DNA of 64,000 nucleotides, taken from NCBI GenBank assembly GCA_001179505.1, contig CDMY01000113.1, positions 124,001 through 188,000 on the forward strand, in the 5' to 3' direction. Positions 35,458-48,633 of this stretch are shown in pieces. Positions within the stretch are counted from its first letter, which is position 1, and every line of letters begins with the position of its first letter. The notes beneath the pieces are model-generated. The model saw nothing but the letters and a program-made list of their open reading frames with translations. It ran no database searches and was not told the DNA's origin. The position numbers and the translations under genes were made by a program. The stretch is from Vitrella brassicaformis CCMP3155. Taxonomy: Eukaryota; Protista; Chromerida.

Positions 35458-36014
35458 TTCGGTACGTATTCCAGGAGGAGGAAAATGTGTCCACAGTGTC
35501 GGATGGAGCGGTGCAGGCGGACAATGTTGCGGGGATCACACCGCCGGTGCAACTGACACGTTGACAGACGGCACAGGCACACATACACACGGACACATGT
35601 GATGCCGCCCGACCCATGAGTGTTGTCTCTGTTGTGTCGTGTGTGCCCCATCCTTCTCTCCGTACCTCCACCTCGCGCTGCAGCTGGCTGACCATGGCTC
35701 TGCTGGTGTAGTGCTCTATTTCAATCTGCACAGACAGAAACAAACACCCACCAATGGATTTCGGACGGCTCTGTTTCTGTGCTCTGTTTCTATGCGATGG
35801 GGGATTTGATGGTCTTGTGGCGTAGTAGCAGCACTCTGGCGTACGCCCCCGCCTGCAAGCGCGACATGGAGAGGGATCAACATTACATGGCCGATCGGAA
35901 TGCTGCCGTGCACTGCACATTGTGTGTGTGTCGGTCCGCACTTACTCCCAGTATGTGTGTGTTGGGGTTGTGGTGGTCCCTGGGCAGTTTGTACTCTGCC
36001 AGCTCCGCCGGCAC
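35458..36014 (-). pseudogene. Ser/Thr kinase N-lobe fragment (Aurora/CAMK-like) with an in-frame stop
   Basis: Spliced: HILG|AGAYARVLLLRHKTIKSPIA*KQ|IEIEHYTSRAMVSQLQREVE|LHRRCDPRNIVRLHRSIRHCGHIFLLLEYVPK. TAG at 35792-35790. No HRD or DFG found downstream. Confidence 0.7.
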
Positions 36015-36605
36015 CTGAAGGTCGGGCAAGAGCCACAGATACACTGCAGAAAGGCCAGTGGAGCAGCAGATATGAACTCGAGTGCATCTGCCTTTCACGT
36101 GTCATTCTCACCGATGGTGGGCGGCAGCCAGCGTTGCTACGGTTGGAGCCACGTCAGCAATGGGCGACAGGTACAGCATTCATCCCACCATCATGACACA
36201 TGGTAGTACTAACCTTACAGAGGTTTTCTCGAGAAAGGAGAAGACACGCGCACACTTTCCAGACGGTAGTCGCCAGCCGCTCGGGAGAAGGCAAAAAGTC
36301 ACCGGCTGAGGCCTCGGGCCCGGGGGGCACGGCGGTACATGAAGGAAGGGGCAGAGGAGGAGCGGACCGGCCACATGAGCCAACAGACAGCCAGAAAGAC
36401 GAGGGAATGAAGGATCTGCGACTGAAACAAAGGCTGGAGGCGAACAGCGACTGAAAATTGTGGAATAGACTAAAATCGACAGTTTCGCGTCTCCGCGTCT
36501 CGTCGCGAAAATCTCGCCGCACACTCCGCTTCTCTTTAGTTGCAACAACTTCTGCACCAGCCACTTCACTCAATGCCATGCACGCATCAACCCATCCATC
36601 CGCTA

Positions 36606-37769
36606 TCACCAAAACTTGAGTGCCACGTGGCGGCACGCGAGAGCATACGACACACCGCTCCACACGATACAGTAACTGAGCGGAGCACGACACACACAGC
36701 TGGTTTGTGGGTTTGTGGTTGGTTGGCTGGTCCCCTGGCCAGCTTACAGCACGAGTATCGCGAATGCGGTCGCCGGCGGTTGCAGCAGCGTCTGCATGGT
36801 TACATTCACCATACCCGTCAGCTGATTCGCCTGACCGACACAGAGAGAAGCCATGGACGATCGGCGCCACGCCGACTGCAGTGCGTTCCGACCAGTAGAA
36901 AGATGGCCAGCATGTTCTTCTGCACGCCATCGAGAATGAAGATCCGCTGACGACTGCCTGCACAATACATGCAAAGAGCACAACATAGACTACTCGTAGA
37001 TCAGTGGCCGTACCAATGAATAGGTTAGCGGCGAGGCAGCATGCGAGCTGCCAGGAATGGTGGCTCACGCACAACAACACAAAGGGCAGGTTGCTCTGGA
37101 AGACAAGAAGACAGGTATGGATGGATGGATGAATGAGCGTGCGAGCGTCCGCGTACGACGGGCTGCTTACTGACCAGTCTCCTTGACGGCATCAGCCCCC
37201 ATCTCTTGTCAAGGTAGACCACCAAAAGAAACGTCACCACACACCAACTGAACCAGAGGACACACGCACCACTCATTCTCACACGAACAAACCGTCTGTG
37301 GCGTGGTGCGGTGCCCGTGCGGTGCGTGTGTACCCCAATAGCTTGGTCAGCGTGATGCGGGTGGGTGGCGCCCTGACGACAGGAACCGCAAACACACAGA
37401 CAGATAGGTATGCACAGACATCTCCGTGTGTGTCGGCCGAGCACCTTTCCGGTTTGAGGATGCGCCCATGGCCGACGCCAATCAGAAACAGAGACAACAG
37501 ACCTCAACACCACACCGCACCACAAAACGCGCACGTCGATCCGAGAGTAAAGTCGGCGCGCGTAGCCTGTGTCGTGTATTCCTCACTCACCGATACTGCC
37601 CAGAATGCCTTCGCGATTGGCACTGAAGAAAGCTGGAGACACACAGGCAACCATACAAGTCAGTCAACACTTGGTGCAACCAGTCGGAGCGCTCCTGATG
37701 TACATGTTCTTTCGGCATTGAGTATGAAGCCGCCCACACCGCAGTTCAGCACCAACTCGTACACTGCAT

Positions 37770-37800
<31 letters not shown>

Positions 37801-39360
37801 GAGGAGATGCATGTGTGCGGGAAGGAGCCACACAGCAGGTAGGAAAGGTACCCGCAGCTATGATGAGTCCAGCCGCGTCGGCCCACTCGGCGGGGAACAG
37901 ACGATTGACCACCAATGACGAACCTGGCACGACACACATCCCAATCAGCAGACATATATGGCTGGACTCACTGGCCACTGTTGCTGTACCTCCCCACCTA
38001 ATGTCACCAGGGCGATAGAGAAGAAGAAGTTCCAGTGGACACCGTACTCAGAAGTGGGCACCTGCACACACACGACACGCCCATGGCGGCATCCGTTTAG
38101 CCGCGCCGCCGTCCTTTCTCATGCTCACGTGGTAGTCGACGCCCCACACGAGGATCAATCGAATGGCGCCCAGCAGTAGGAGGGGCCACAGGCTGTAGGC
38201 TGTCACGCGAAGGGACGTTGGCGCTCTGCTGCCTGTGCAGCACACGCAAACACAGATGTAAAGCCACACAAAGCCACACTAATGCGTATGGTGCCTAAGT
38301 ACCTCTGGCAGCTTTGGAAACCATGCCGCCCGCTAGGGTGAAGAAACCGACGCCCCCGTCCATCTGACGGAACAAGAGCGTGGACAACGCTCATCCACGG
38401 ATGGATGGAGGGGAGAGGCGGTATGTTAGCCCTCAATTACTCACCACAGAGAATCCGTAGTTTTCAGTCTTGGCGAGCCGCCGCGGGTAGATGAAAAAGT
38501 CGACCGCAAGAATGGCTGACACATCCATCCATCCATCCATCCATCGGTATTCCGATCTTAAAGATCTGCCGGCGAACCAATGTTTGTTCCAATGGCGCCA
38601 ACAGCCCGATAGTCAGATATGTAGCACGGACGCCTGTAGAATCCACACACATGATCCAGGCACAGCCTTGTGTGGCCGTCACAGCCTTCATTCTGCTCAC
38701 TTTGGCTCTGCACAATGCGGCCGCGTTTCAGCTGACCTTCCTTAGGGAAACACACAACACAGACAAACAGACAAAGAAACAAACAGGCAGGCAGGCAGGC
38801 AGACGGGAGCATCAACCAAGAGCAAAGTGCCGGTCTCTCTTCGACTACTTGTGTGCGTACCAGAAGTCGCTCGTGCGGAAGATCCGTCCATCAGCACCAC
38901 TCGAGGCCTTTCGCCTCTCCGTCATGACAGCAATGGCGACCACGCCCAGCTGGCCGCACATGACGCTCACAGACAGGCGAGGCGCACAGAAGAGCACCAG
39001 CAGCGGCATCACTACCGCAAGGAACTCCAGTACAAAGCGGAGCACAAGGGAGCTCGGCCACCGCAGCAGCACCATGAGGGCGTGGCAGAAGAGAATAGAC
39101 ACCTGCAGACAGACAAGATACCAACCGGCACACGCACACAAGGGAGGGAGAGTGAAACACCGTCGTGTAGCTTTTGGGTGCCTCACTGCTGGAGATGCGC
39201 CGATGAGGAAGAGTTCCAGGTGTGCTGCGCCGGTCTCGTTGACATATGCCGTCTGCTGGATCTGGCTGTACTCATCCCTGGACACTCTGGTGCGGCAGAC
39301 GCCATCATCAGGTGACAGCGCCACAGAAGGGCATTCGAACCATTCATGAATGAAACTCAT
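36606..39360 (-). CDS. PIGW: GPI inositol acyltransferase PIG-W / GWT1
   Basis: Spliced family motifs: AILAVDFFIYPRRLAKTENYGFS, MDGGVG, SEYGVHWNFFF, PSRRL, NMLAIFLL|ANQLTGMVN, and C-terminal LKFW-stop at 36606. Confidence 0.92.
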
Positions 39361-39433
39361 TGCTATAGCATCTACAAACCTTACTGGCTCTCACGAGATC
39401 CTCAGCGCCTCAGATCTCGAACGTCATTCGAAT

Positions 39434-39467
39434 TTGGAAGCAAGCTCGCATTGGAAGCAAGCTCGCA
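39434..39467. repeat. Perfect 17-bp tandem duplication (TTGGAAGCAAGCTCGCA x2) in the PIG-W/formin divergent promoter
   Basis: Read directly from the sequence. Confidence 0.9.
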
Positions 39468-39643
39468 TTTCGGAAACTCGTTTTTGGCCCTGCAAGGCTT
39501 CTTAGTCGAGGTTCAGTAGGCCGCGGAGTCAGCGGAACCAGAGAAGAAGCCATCGGCTCGACAGAAGAGCGGCGACAAGACGTCGACGCGCCGCCCTGGC
39601 GGCCAGAGGACGTTAGCTCTTTAGCCTCGGAGGCCTGGTGAGG

Positions 39644-40958
39644 ATGAGGCTAACGTCCTTGGGCCTCTTCAGCACCTGCACGACACTGTTCGTGCTCGTA
39701 GCCACCGTGTACTGGAGGTTTGAGCACTCGGTCGAGGTCCTCGGGTACCTCTTATGCCTGCTGACATGCCTGTGCCTGGGAGCCATCGCTGGGTAAGAAA
39801 TATGCACCGCAGAAGCATGGATCTTGGCCCATGATTCATAACTCGTTGTGTGGATTCGGGTGTGTTGGTTTCAGTGTTGTGGGGCTGATGTGTGACATCA
39901 TACGGCCACCAAGCCGTGTCTCTGCCCACCCGCCAGCCCATGGCGTCGCCAGCAACACGGTTCCGCTTCAGACGAGCCACCTCGCCCACGGCACACCCAT
40001 CCTCTGCTCGCACAACCCGGGCACAGACGTCATGAGCGTGAGCAGCACCCACCGCACCATCGCCACCTGGACAGCACCGCTCACTCTCACCCCACAGCAC
40101 GCGTCACCCACCTCCGGCAACGTCAGCAACACAACTGCTCTCTCCTCTCCCGCTGTGCCCGAGTCTCCCCCACGCGCCGTCGGCCAGCCCGACGCAGAGG
40201 GGTTCTACGACGCCATGAGTGCCACCAAGGCGTCGGTGGGCTGCCAGGCGACCTACCTGTGGGTGGCACACCGTGGCAAGCAGGAGAAGGCGCAGACCGT
40301 CAAGGGGCGGGAGGAGGTGCAGGACCCGACGGTCCCTACCCCATCGCCGCAGCGGCAGCAGCGGCCACCGTCCAAGGACAAGAGGAGGAGCACCAGGGAG
40401 GGCGGCATCGGGGCGGACGTGCGGCGCCACAGCAAGATAGCGGACATGGCTGCCTACTTCTTGCCATTCCTCGCCAAGCAACTGGGGGTCAAGAAGCTCA
40501 AGGACCTTCCCAACACACTCACCGGTCTGGCCAAGGCGGTGGCCAACCAGGACAAGACGGACACCAAGACTGACAACAAACACAAGCCCGCCAGTCCCCC
40601 CAAGCAGACCACCCAGCCCCAGCCCGCTCCCGCGGCGGCTGGCACCGACACGGCCACTGCCAAGAAGCCCGCTGTGGCCAAGCCCAAGAACGGCATCCCT
40701 CCCCGGCCCAAGGGGAAGCTGCCCCCTCCCCCGCCGCCCCGGGGCAAAGGTCCGCCCATCAAGAAGGCGTCGGCTGCCAGCAGCGGTGCGCTGGTCAAGG
40801 CCAAATCGGCCGGCGGCGCGGCCCTCCCGCTGGGCAAGAAGCTGCACGTCACTAGCATACCTGACGATAGGTTGGAGAAGTCTCTCTTCAAGGTGAGTGA
40901 GGGGAAAAAAGGGCGGGTGCGAAGCGAAGCGGGAGGGAGGGAGATGAATGAATTGTTC

Positions 40959-40989
<31 letters not shown>

Positions 40990-43900
40990 GTGTGTATAGG
41001 AGACAGCGTTGGACGAGACCAAGTTGCGGATGGTGTTGGATATGGACGCCTTGCGGTCGGTGTTTCGGCCCGACCCGCCGGCCAAGCGGCAGGAGACGAA
41101 GCCGCACCACATTGCCGAGAAGGACCGCACTCAGCCACAAAAGAAGAAGATCCTCACTGACGGACGCGCACAGGTGGGCGTGAGGGAGGGAGGGAGGGAG
41201 AGGCCCACACCCCACGACCACACAACACCGATACCCGCAATGTTCCTCTATGTGCACGTGTGTGGTGCAGAACCTGTTCATCACCGTTCGCCGGCTGACG
41301 TACAAGCCAGGCATCCTGTGCAACCAGATCCTGCTGCCGCTCAAGATTCCCCTCAAGCTCGATGCCATCGCACCCACCATGCCGACCCCCCTGGCCATCC
41401 TCACGCAGCCCAACCACACCCCTCCGCCCCAGGCCGCCCTGCCGGAGGTGTCCGAGTCCCTGCGGTGCAGCGGCAGTGTGGTGTCGTTTGGCGCCCCGTC
41501 CAACAGGGGCAGCGAGCAGCGGGAGGGCGACCGCGAGTTGGGTTTGTTGCTGTATCGACTGCGGGACATGGTGTGTGGTGAGGGGGAGAGGAAGGCGTTT
41601 GAGCAGCTCAAGAGGGGACTGGCGGAGGACATAGAGCGTCTCAACCAGGCATTCCTGTGCCAGGTGGGTGCATCAGGCGGGATGGATGGACGTGAAGGAC
41701 ATACTCTATCCCTTCTTGTGGCCATCGTGTGTTGCGTGCAGGAGGAGATTACAGCGTTGAGGGCCTACGAGGGGCCCCTTAATGAACTGCGGGAGATGGA
41801 GCAAGAGGTACGTCACACACACAACACTCACCTGAACACACACTACGGAGGCCCGCCCTCTCACTCTGTGGGTGTGGTGCGAGTGGTGATGTGTGCAGCT
41901 CCTCCCATTTGCGTACGTCGAGCGGCCCCAGGCGCGCATATCAGTGCTGGAGATCGCTCTGACTGTCGAGCCTCGTTGCGCCGAGGTACTCAAGGAGATC
42001 CAACGGCTGCAGGAGGCATGCAAGCAGGTAACACACAGACAGATGAAGCAGACAGCAGCACGCGCCACTCCACCCCATACATTCTGTGTGTGTGTGCAGT
42101 TGCTGAGTTCCGATAGTCTCAAGCAGCTCTGCCACTTCTGCCTCCACCTCATCAACTGCATCAACGGGCACACAGGCACACAAGCCAAGGTACGCACATA
42201 ACACCAACCCCCCCCACACACATCACAACACATGTCTGATGTATGTGTCCATCCATGCAGGCACCTAGTGACACGAACCACCCCTTTGGGCCCTCTCGCG
42301 CCCTCCCGCCGTCCAGCATCCCCCGTCCACCATTCACAGCAAAGTCCAAGCTGCCACCCCCACCTCCGAAGGTGCGGCCGCCCAACCACTCTGCGCGCAA
42401 GTCGCCCCCCACGCCACGCGAGGAGCTGCCAACACGGATCCCCGGGCCCTCCGCCACCACCAAGGCCAAGAATGGCGGTGGCGCGGCCAGCACTGCTATT
42501 AATGGCGGCAGAGAGGTGCATGGCGGCATCCGGGGTTTTCACCTGGGCGATCTGAAGAAGTTGGCGGATTACAAGGACAAGCGTGGCAGCACCAAGGTGA
42601 CCCTGCTGCACGCTGTGGTGTGTGCGTTGACCGAGGTGGCGTACCAGCGGGAGGGGGGGAAGGGCATCGATACCAAGTGGCAACAACAGCAACAGCACAA
42701 TGTCGACCAGGCGGTGAGAGAGACGCACAGGAAATGGGTGGGCGTGTCCATGGACAGCGCATCACAATGAATGCTGTGTGTATGTCGCAGGATGTCTATT
42801 CGGATATGGACGCGTCGCCGTCATCTAGTCGTTTCGGTTGGACCCCCCAGAGGAAGGCCGAGCTGCCTTTCCCCCCGTTCGTCACCAAGCTCAAGGAGGA
42901 ACTGGGCACCCTCAGACTCGTCACACGGGGGCTAGGAGGTGCGTGACACCAACACACTCACTCACATACAAACACACGTCGATCCATCACATGTGTTGTG
43001 TTTGTCTTCCTTTCCTTCAGAGGACATCGACGGCCGTCTGTTGGAGCTCAAGCAGTCGCTCAAGTTCCTGGAGAAGGAGATATCCATGCACGCCCGATCA
43101 TACCGCCCCACGGCAGTCAACCTCTCGCCCACACAGATCACCAGCACCCCACCTCCCGTCATCCCAATGCACCAGCCCGTCTTCCACCAGCAGAGCAAGA
43201 CACCTGCATTCGGTGAGCAGAGCGCCACGCCGCGCAGCCCGCCCATGAGCATCCGGATTGTCGAGGCGCCGAAAGACCCCGAGAGCCCCACCCGGCTCGC
43301 CAAGCCAGCCGTCAGTCCATCGCCCTCTCCAGATCTGCTGTCGCCCATCCCTCCCAAGCCCACCAACCAGCAGCTGAGCGGCGCCGAGGCCATATCGCCC
43401 GATGCTCTGTCGCCTTTGCGTCAGCCGTCCCCCTCCCCTCTGCAGAAGATGGCGGCCATGTCGCGTGAGGCCGCTGCGATGGCGGCCAAGATCAAGTCGC
43501 CCAGGGACTCGATGCAGTCGGTGGCGTCCATGGCCAGCGCCATGAGCGGCGGATCGGCCGATGGGGGGCTGTTGGAGATAATTGAGGAGGGAGAGGGAGA
43601 AATGGAGGGGATCACCAAGCGGGAGAAGAATGCACTGGACCGACTGATTGAGCTACATGACTATGGTAAGACAGGCAGCTAAGCAACACTGCACACCGGA
43701 CCGACAAGAGGCCCTTGCCTTGGTGTGTCTCTGTGTTGTTTGTTCCTTCAGTTTCTGGCCAACTCAGTGAGATAACGTTGCAGTATGACGGCGTGGTCAA
43801 GGCCTGCCGTCGTGTCCTAGAGTGGTGCGCCGAGGAGGAGCCCTCCGACATCGCACTCCCCCACCCGCCTCCCAAGGCCACTGCACCCACCGAGGGCGGC

Positions 43901-45144
43901 AACGGCGGCCCCGAGACGACGGGCGGTGGCGCGAGGGATGAGAAGAAGGAGACTAAGATCACCAAGAAGAACCTGCAGGTGCTCGACTCGGCCTCACGGC
44001 TCATCATCATGACCACTGACCTAATCAAAGCGTTTGAATCTGCCTGGTCAGCATGGAGAGCCACATGCGGGGGAGAGGGAAGATGTGCCGTGCTGATTGG
44101 TTTGGTTGTCTTGTCTTGTCGGTCTTCGTGTATGTGTGCAGGCGTGACGTGATCCGTTCGCCGGCATCGTATGAGAGTTTGGTGCCCACTGCGGGCTTCA
44201 TCCGGCTGCTCAAGTTGCCGTCCCCCCCGCCAGCCAGAGCCCGACTCTCGCGCACTCCCAGGACAGCCATCAAACGACCAGCTCGCGAAGTACGCATACA
44301 CACCACACACAACGCGACACACCACACAACACAAAACCCGCGCTCACGTGCTCTTTGTGTGGTTGCCGAATGTTCAGCTGACGCCCCAGACGGCCCGCCC
44401 GTTGTTCGGTGACAGGTGCAGCAACAACTCGGTCGAGGACCGATTTCCCGTGCCGTTCGCCCTTCCCCTCGCCCAGCAGCAGGAGTCCCCCGCCATCCGT
44501 GTGGACGGTGCTGGTGACATCGACGAGCACCCGTCGCCCGAGGTGCCGTCCAAAAGCCGTCGCGTGTCGTTCGGCCCCAGCAAGATCCCTCTCCTGGACC
44601 TGACGCGACTGAGTGCTGCTGAGGCGGCCAAGGGCGGGCAGGTGGACGGGGGTGGCGACGAGGCGGCTAAGCTGCGCATGTCAGTGCCTTCACTGGTGCA
44701 AGCCTTCAACAGAGGGGCGGCACTCAGACCTCCCAACGCATTCGCTTCTCGCATCGTAAGCAAACATGAGGGCAGGGAGAGAGGGGAGTGATGACTCCCA
44801 TGCATCCCTATCTCTGTGTGTGTTGTGTGTGTGTGTTGACTATACAGCCGGTGCGTGTGACTCCCCGAGACGAGAGCCGCCGTGCGCCCCTGCAGATGTC
44901 CCCCCCGCCCCAGGTGTTCAACATAGCCGCCAGCGACACCGACCAGGGCCGGGAGGAGCTGCCCGAGTGGAAGGACCACTTCTGGTCGCCGTCCGGCAAC
45001 CCCAGTGCGGCCGCATCGGCATCGGCGTCTGCATCGGCATCATATCCGGCGTCGCGCACCGTGAGCCACATGGAGAGTGAGGTGTCGGGCCACATGGAGA
45101 GTGAGGTGTCGGCGGAGGACCCTGATGCGGCCGAGGCCGACTGA
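39644..45144 (+). CDS. Formin (FH1 poly-Pro + FH2) with predicted N-terminal membrane anchor, multi-exon
   Basis: FH1 KLPPPPPPRGKGPP. FH2 landmarks: KKLHVTSIP, LDMDALRSVF, ILTDGRAQNLFI, INCINGH, IRGFHLGDLKKLADYK, TLLH, KFLEKE. First exon 39644-39792 splices in frame (intron 39793-39874) to ORF 39831-41183. Confidence 0.85.
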
Positions 45145-46012
45145 CCGACTAACGCAGCCGTGCATCAGTACACACATACATGTACATGTGCAATTTATGT
45201 ATGTGAGCAGCCTGTCAGGAGGGAGGGGAGAGGGGAGGGATCCATGAATCGATGGATGGATGGATGGCCTGCGTGTGTGTGTGCGTTTGGATGGATGGTG
45301 ACCAATGCTTTTATTCCCATATGTGATACAGACGGACGGACGGACGGTGGACGGCCTACGCATCTTTTTTGCTCCAAAGGCTGCGGTGGATTGTTGTACA
45401 TATTACAGGGGTGTGTGTGGTCGTGTGGTACCTTTATTTTGGGCCGGCAGGCTGTGTTCGCTTATCTACTGGCTGTTGGATGCCCGCCCGCCGCCTGTTT
45501 TTTTTATATTCAGGATGGCTGGCTGCCGGGTCTGTTGTGTTTTATTATCAGAACGAGTGCACACACACTGCTGACTGACGCGATGTGCTGAAAGATGATG
45601 CCAATGATTGACACACAAGAATCTTTCAGCACACCATGTCCGGACATCACACACGAGCCGAGGGCACTCAAAATCTGCACCCAATCCATTCCAGCTCATC
45701 TCACCATTGCAATGACCTGGGCAGAGAATAAGGGTACCCTACACGGGCGGATCTGCCGGAACCATGATTGCAAGCTGTGCATGCGATCTCGCGACAAAAC
45801 GGGAAAAAACCTCTGGTGTTGGTATCGTTGCATCGCGCGGCAGCGGCCAACATCTTCTGCCATTTGCGAGAGCAGCAGTTGCTGAAGTAGCGCCGACATT
45901 GGCTGAGGGTCACGTCGAAAGGTGAGGACCTGGGGTGAGGAATGCACCAATCGGCTTGATGCCTCCTGTTGTGCCTCGTTTGCTGGCCAGGCGAGTAATT
46001 GTGTCTGTCGAG

Positions 46013-46726
46013 ATGGCGGCGGCCTCTGTGAGCGAGTCGACGACGTGCTTCAAGTGTTGTGGCAAGTTTGAGATGACCTACTCCTCGGAGAGGGAACCGC
46101 AAAAGCTCCCCTGCGGTGAGCAAGCGAAAGAAACGCGGGAGCGAGCAGAGCAGCATTCCTCATGGGATTCTGCGTCTCACTCAGGTCACACACTCTGTAG
46201 GGAGGTACGCATGGGTGCGTGGGTGCATCCATCCATCGTGCAGTGAGTGCATTCATGCATCCACTGCCGTGTCCGCGCCTCGTTTTGCAGTGCGTTGCCT
46301 GGCTGCTGCGCGAGACCTCCCACGGCGTTGCCGTCGGCCATGGCCAGTACGCCTGGGACATTGGCGAATGCCCTGCCTGCCAGTACGCACACACGTCCCT
46401 ATCATACGCACACAGACGCACCCACCCAGCCTTTCCTTTGTTTGCTTGTCCGTGCGTTCATCAGGAAGGAGTTCGCCCTGTTTCGCGAATCGCCAAAGAG
46501 CACGCACCACAAGTTTGTTGCGCCCATCTCACCAGGTGCGTGCGTGCGTGCGGGCATACACACACCGTGCACGTATGTGTGCACCAAACAAAGGAACGGT
46601 CCGGCACGTGTGCGTGCGTTCATTCGCTCAGGTGGCAAAAGTGGTCCGACGCAGCCCGAGGCAGAGGATGGGGAGGATGACTTAAAGGCCTGCATCGAGG
46701 CAGCGTTCAACTTCAGGTGCAAGTGA
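46013..46726 (+). CDS. Small RING-finger (C3HC4-like) protein, putative E3 ligase
   Basis: Spliced TCFKC...PQKLPCG|HTLCRE|CVAW...ECPAC, including an about 20-nt micro-exon near 46184-46204. Confidence 0.72.
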
Positions 46727-47172
46727 TGAATCGATAGCGAGTGGGGAGTGGTGTGTGGTGTGAGGTGGAGGGCAAGCTAGCTAGCGAACCGAGGGCAGGT
46801 GCGTGTACATAGCTGATGGGCGGGTGCAATGGAAGGAACACACACCGACAGACAGTCGCTGACTGTATGCATGTCCATCGATAGATGGAGGACAGACACA
46901 CAAGCAGGCTTTCCCTCTGCCTTCTTGACTCCCTGCTGCTGCATGGATACGTACGTGTGGTGATCGGTGACCTCTTCGGTGCAGTGTGTGGGTGTGTTGA
47001 TATGATGACTGACCGGACCAGTGCATTGCCACGTATACCCAATCGCCGGATGCGTTGAATTCATCTTCACACGGTGTGCTGGTACAGCTAGCTACTCACA
47101 GACGGTCGACAAGACATGTCCTGGCCGAATGACTACTCACCCACCCCCACCACGCCCCTTTGTGCTATCTAT

Positions 47173-48633
47173 CTACATCGCTGCTGGCACCCTCCTCGCG
47201 ATGACCGCTACGTCCGACTCGCCAACCCTCTCGAAGCGCACGGTGAAGCCTGCGGGGAAAGGGACTGAAGGCCGATCGACGGCACCTGAGATACCGTTGC
47301 GGATGCCGTCGTTGACGGCGCCTTCCTCGATCTCTATCTTGATCTCCTGAATCCCCGGCAGCTTCGCCAGCGACCGCACCGTCTGCTCCACGAACAGCCG
47401 GCCAGACAGAGGGGGAACTGCACACACGCACCAACGAACGAATGCACGCACACGCACGCGCGCGCGACACATGAATGAAGATAGATGATCAGCTGTAGGT
47501 GTTTCCTTAATTACCGTTAGGCTTGATGTGAAAGGATTCGATGTTTGGCAGACCTGCGACGTCCTGGTCGCTCCACTGCACCACCGCGTTGCCCCTGGAC
47601 GGATCCATGACCCCTGCAAGCTTCCCCTTGTGCAGGTGCCCTGCAAGCATCCGCAGCACGTGGAGCGCATCGTCGTGACGCACGCCATAGCGGCCAGCAG
47701 CCAGACGGAGGTTCTTGAGCGACAGCATCCTCTTGGCGACGGCTGGTATGGGTTCGTGACGATCTGCCGGGCGGCTAACAATGAGCGTGGTTGCGTTGGG
47801 GAATGCGTCGGGGGCCAGGTAGTTGTCTGGATCGATTGGGTGAGCCTGACCCGCCCCCGCCGGAACGGCCCCCCCGCGCCTCAATTCGCGCCTCTGCAAG
47901 ACCACGGCCTTCGCCGAGCGGAAGTGGAGCTGCTTGGCGAACTCACTGGCGGCCGGGGAGAGGGCGGGAGAGGGGTGCACGACCACAGCGGGTGCAATGC
48001 TTGCGATCTTCTTGACCCACTCCTTCATGTAGGGGGAGGGCGGAGGGGCCGTGGGGAGGGCGGCAAGGATCTTGCACAGGTCGAGTCACATCGGGACCCA
48101 GTTTGTCCACTCCTCTACGGCTGGCGGCTCTTCGCGGACGAACTCCACCAAGGGGTGTCCGATGGCCCGTTTGAGCTCCTCCAGACGGCGGAGCGAAGGC
48201 AAGACGTCCTTGCCAAGGAAGAAGCTAGCCACGCCACTCCCATCGACGTTGCCGTGGTCCTCAGGCACAAACATGACGTTGACCTGCTCCACAGCCATGC
48301 ACCCTCGCTCCGCCAACGCATTCTGAATGAAGGACAGACAATCAACACACACATCCAGCCGTGTTGTGCCGGTCCACCGCCATGCACCCACCATACCTTC
48401 AGTTCCACGAGCCCCTGTTGGTTCGCTCCGCCATGTGGCGAAAGCAAGATGCAGATGGTCCTGATGCGACTGAGCCAGTCGGCCTCCCCGTGGCCGGTCC
48501 TGGGATAGCAAGTCCGGACAGACCGGGCCATCTCGCCAGGCAGCCGACCATCAATGACGTCGGGCAGCTGGACGGGGAGTTGCCCTCCTCCCTGCTGCGG
48601 AACTAGCTGCGGCACGTTGCCGCTGGCCGCCAT
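47173..48633 (-). CDS. Lineage-specific hypothetical protein, multi-exon
   Basis: ATG at 48633. Coding-like ORFs 48086-48511, 47507-48028 and 47173-47400 are joined by GT-AG introns. No domain recognised. Confidence 0.55.

Noticed and set aside
35790-35792. Stop-codon reassignment or readthrough at TAG
   Set aside because: Other genes in the window end normally at TAG/TAA/TGA, and the same fragment has a broken splice donor and lacks the C-lobe, so pseudogenisation is simpler.
45595-45885. 96-aa Cys-containing ORF before the RING gene
   Set aside because: No splice link, domain or coding bias. It is probably intergenic or UTR.
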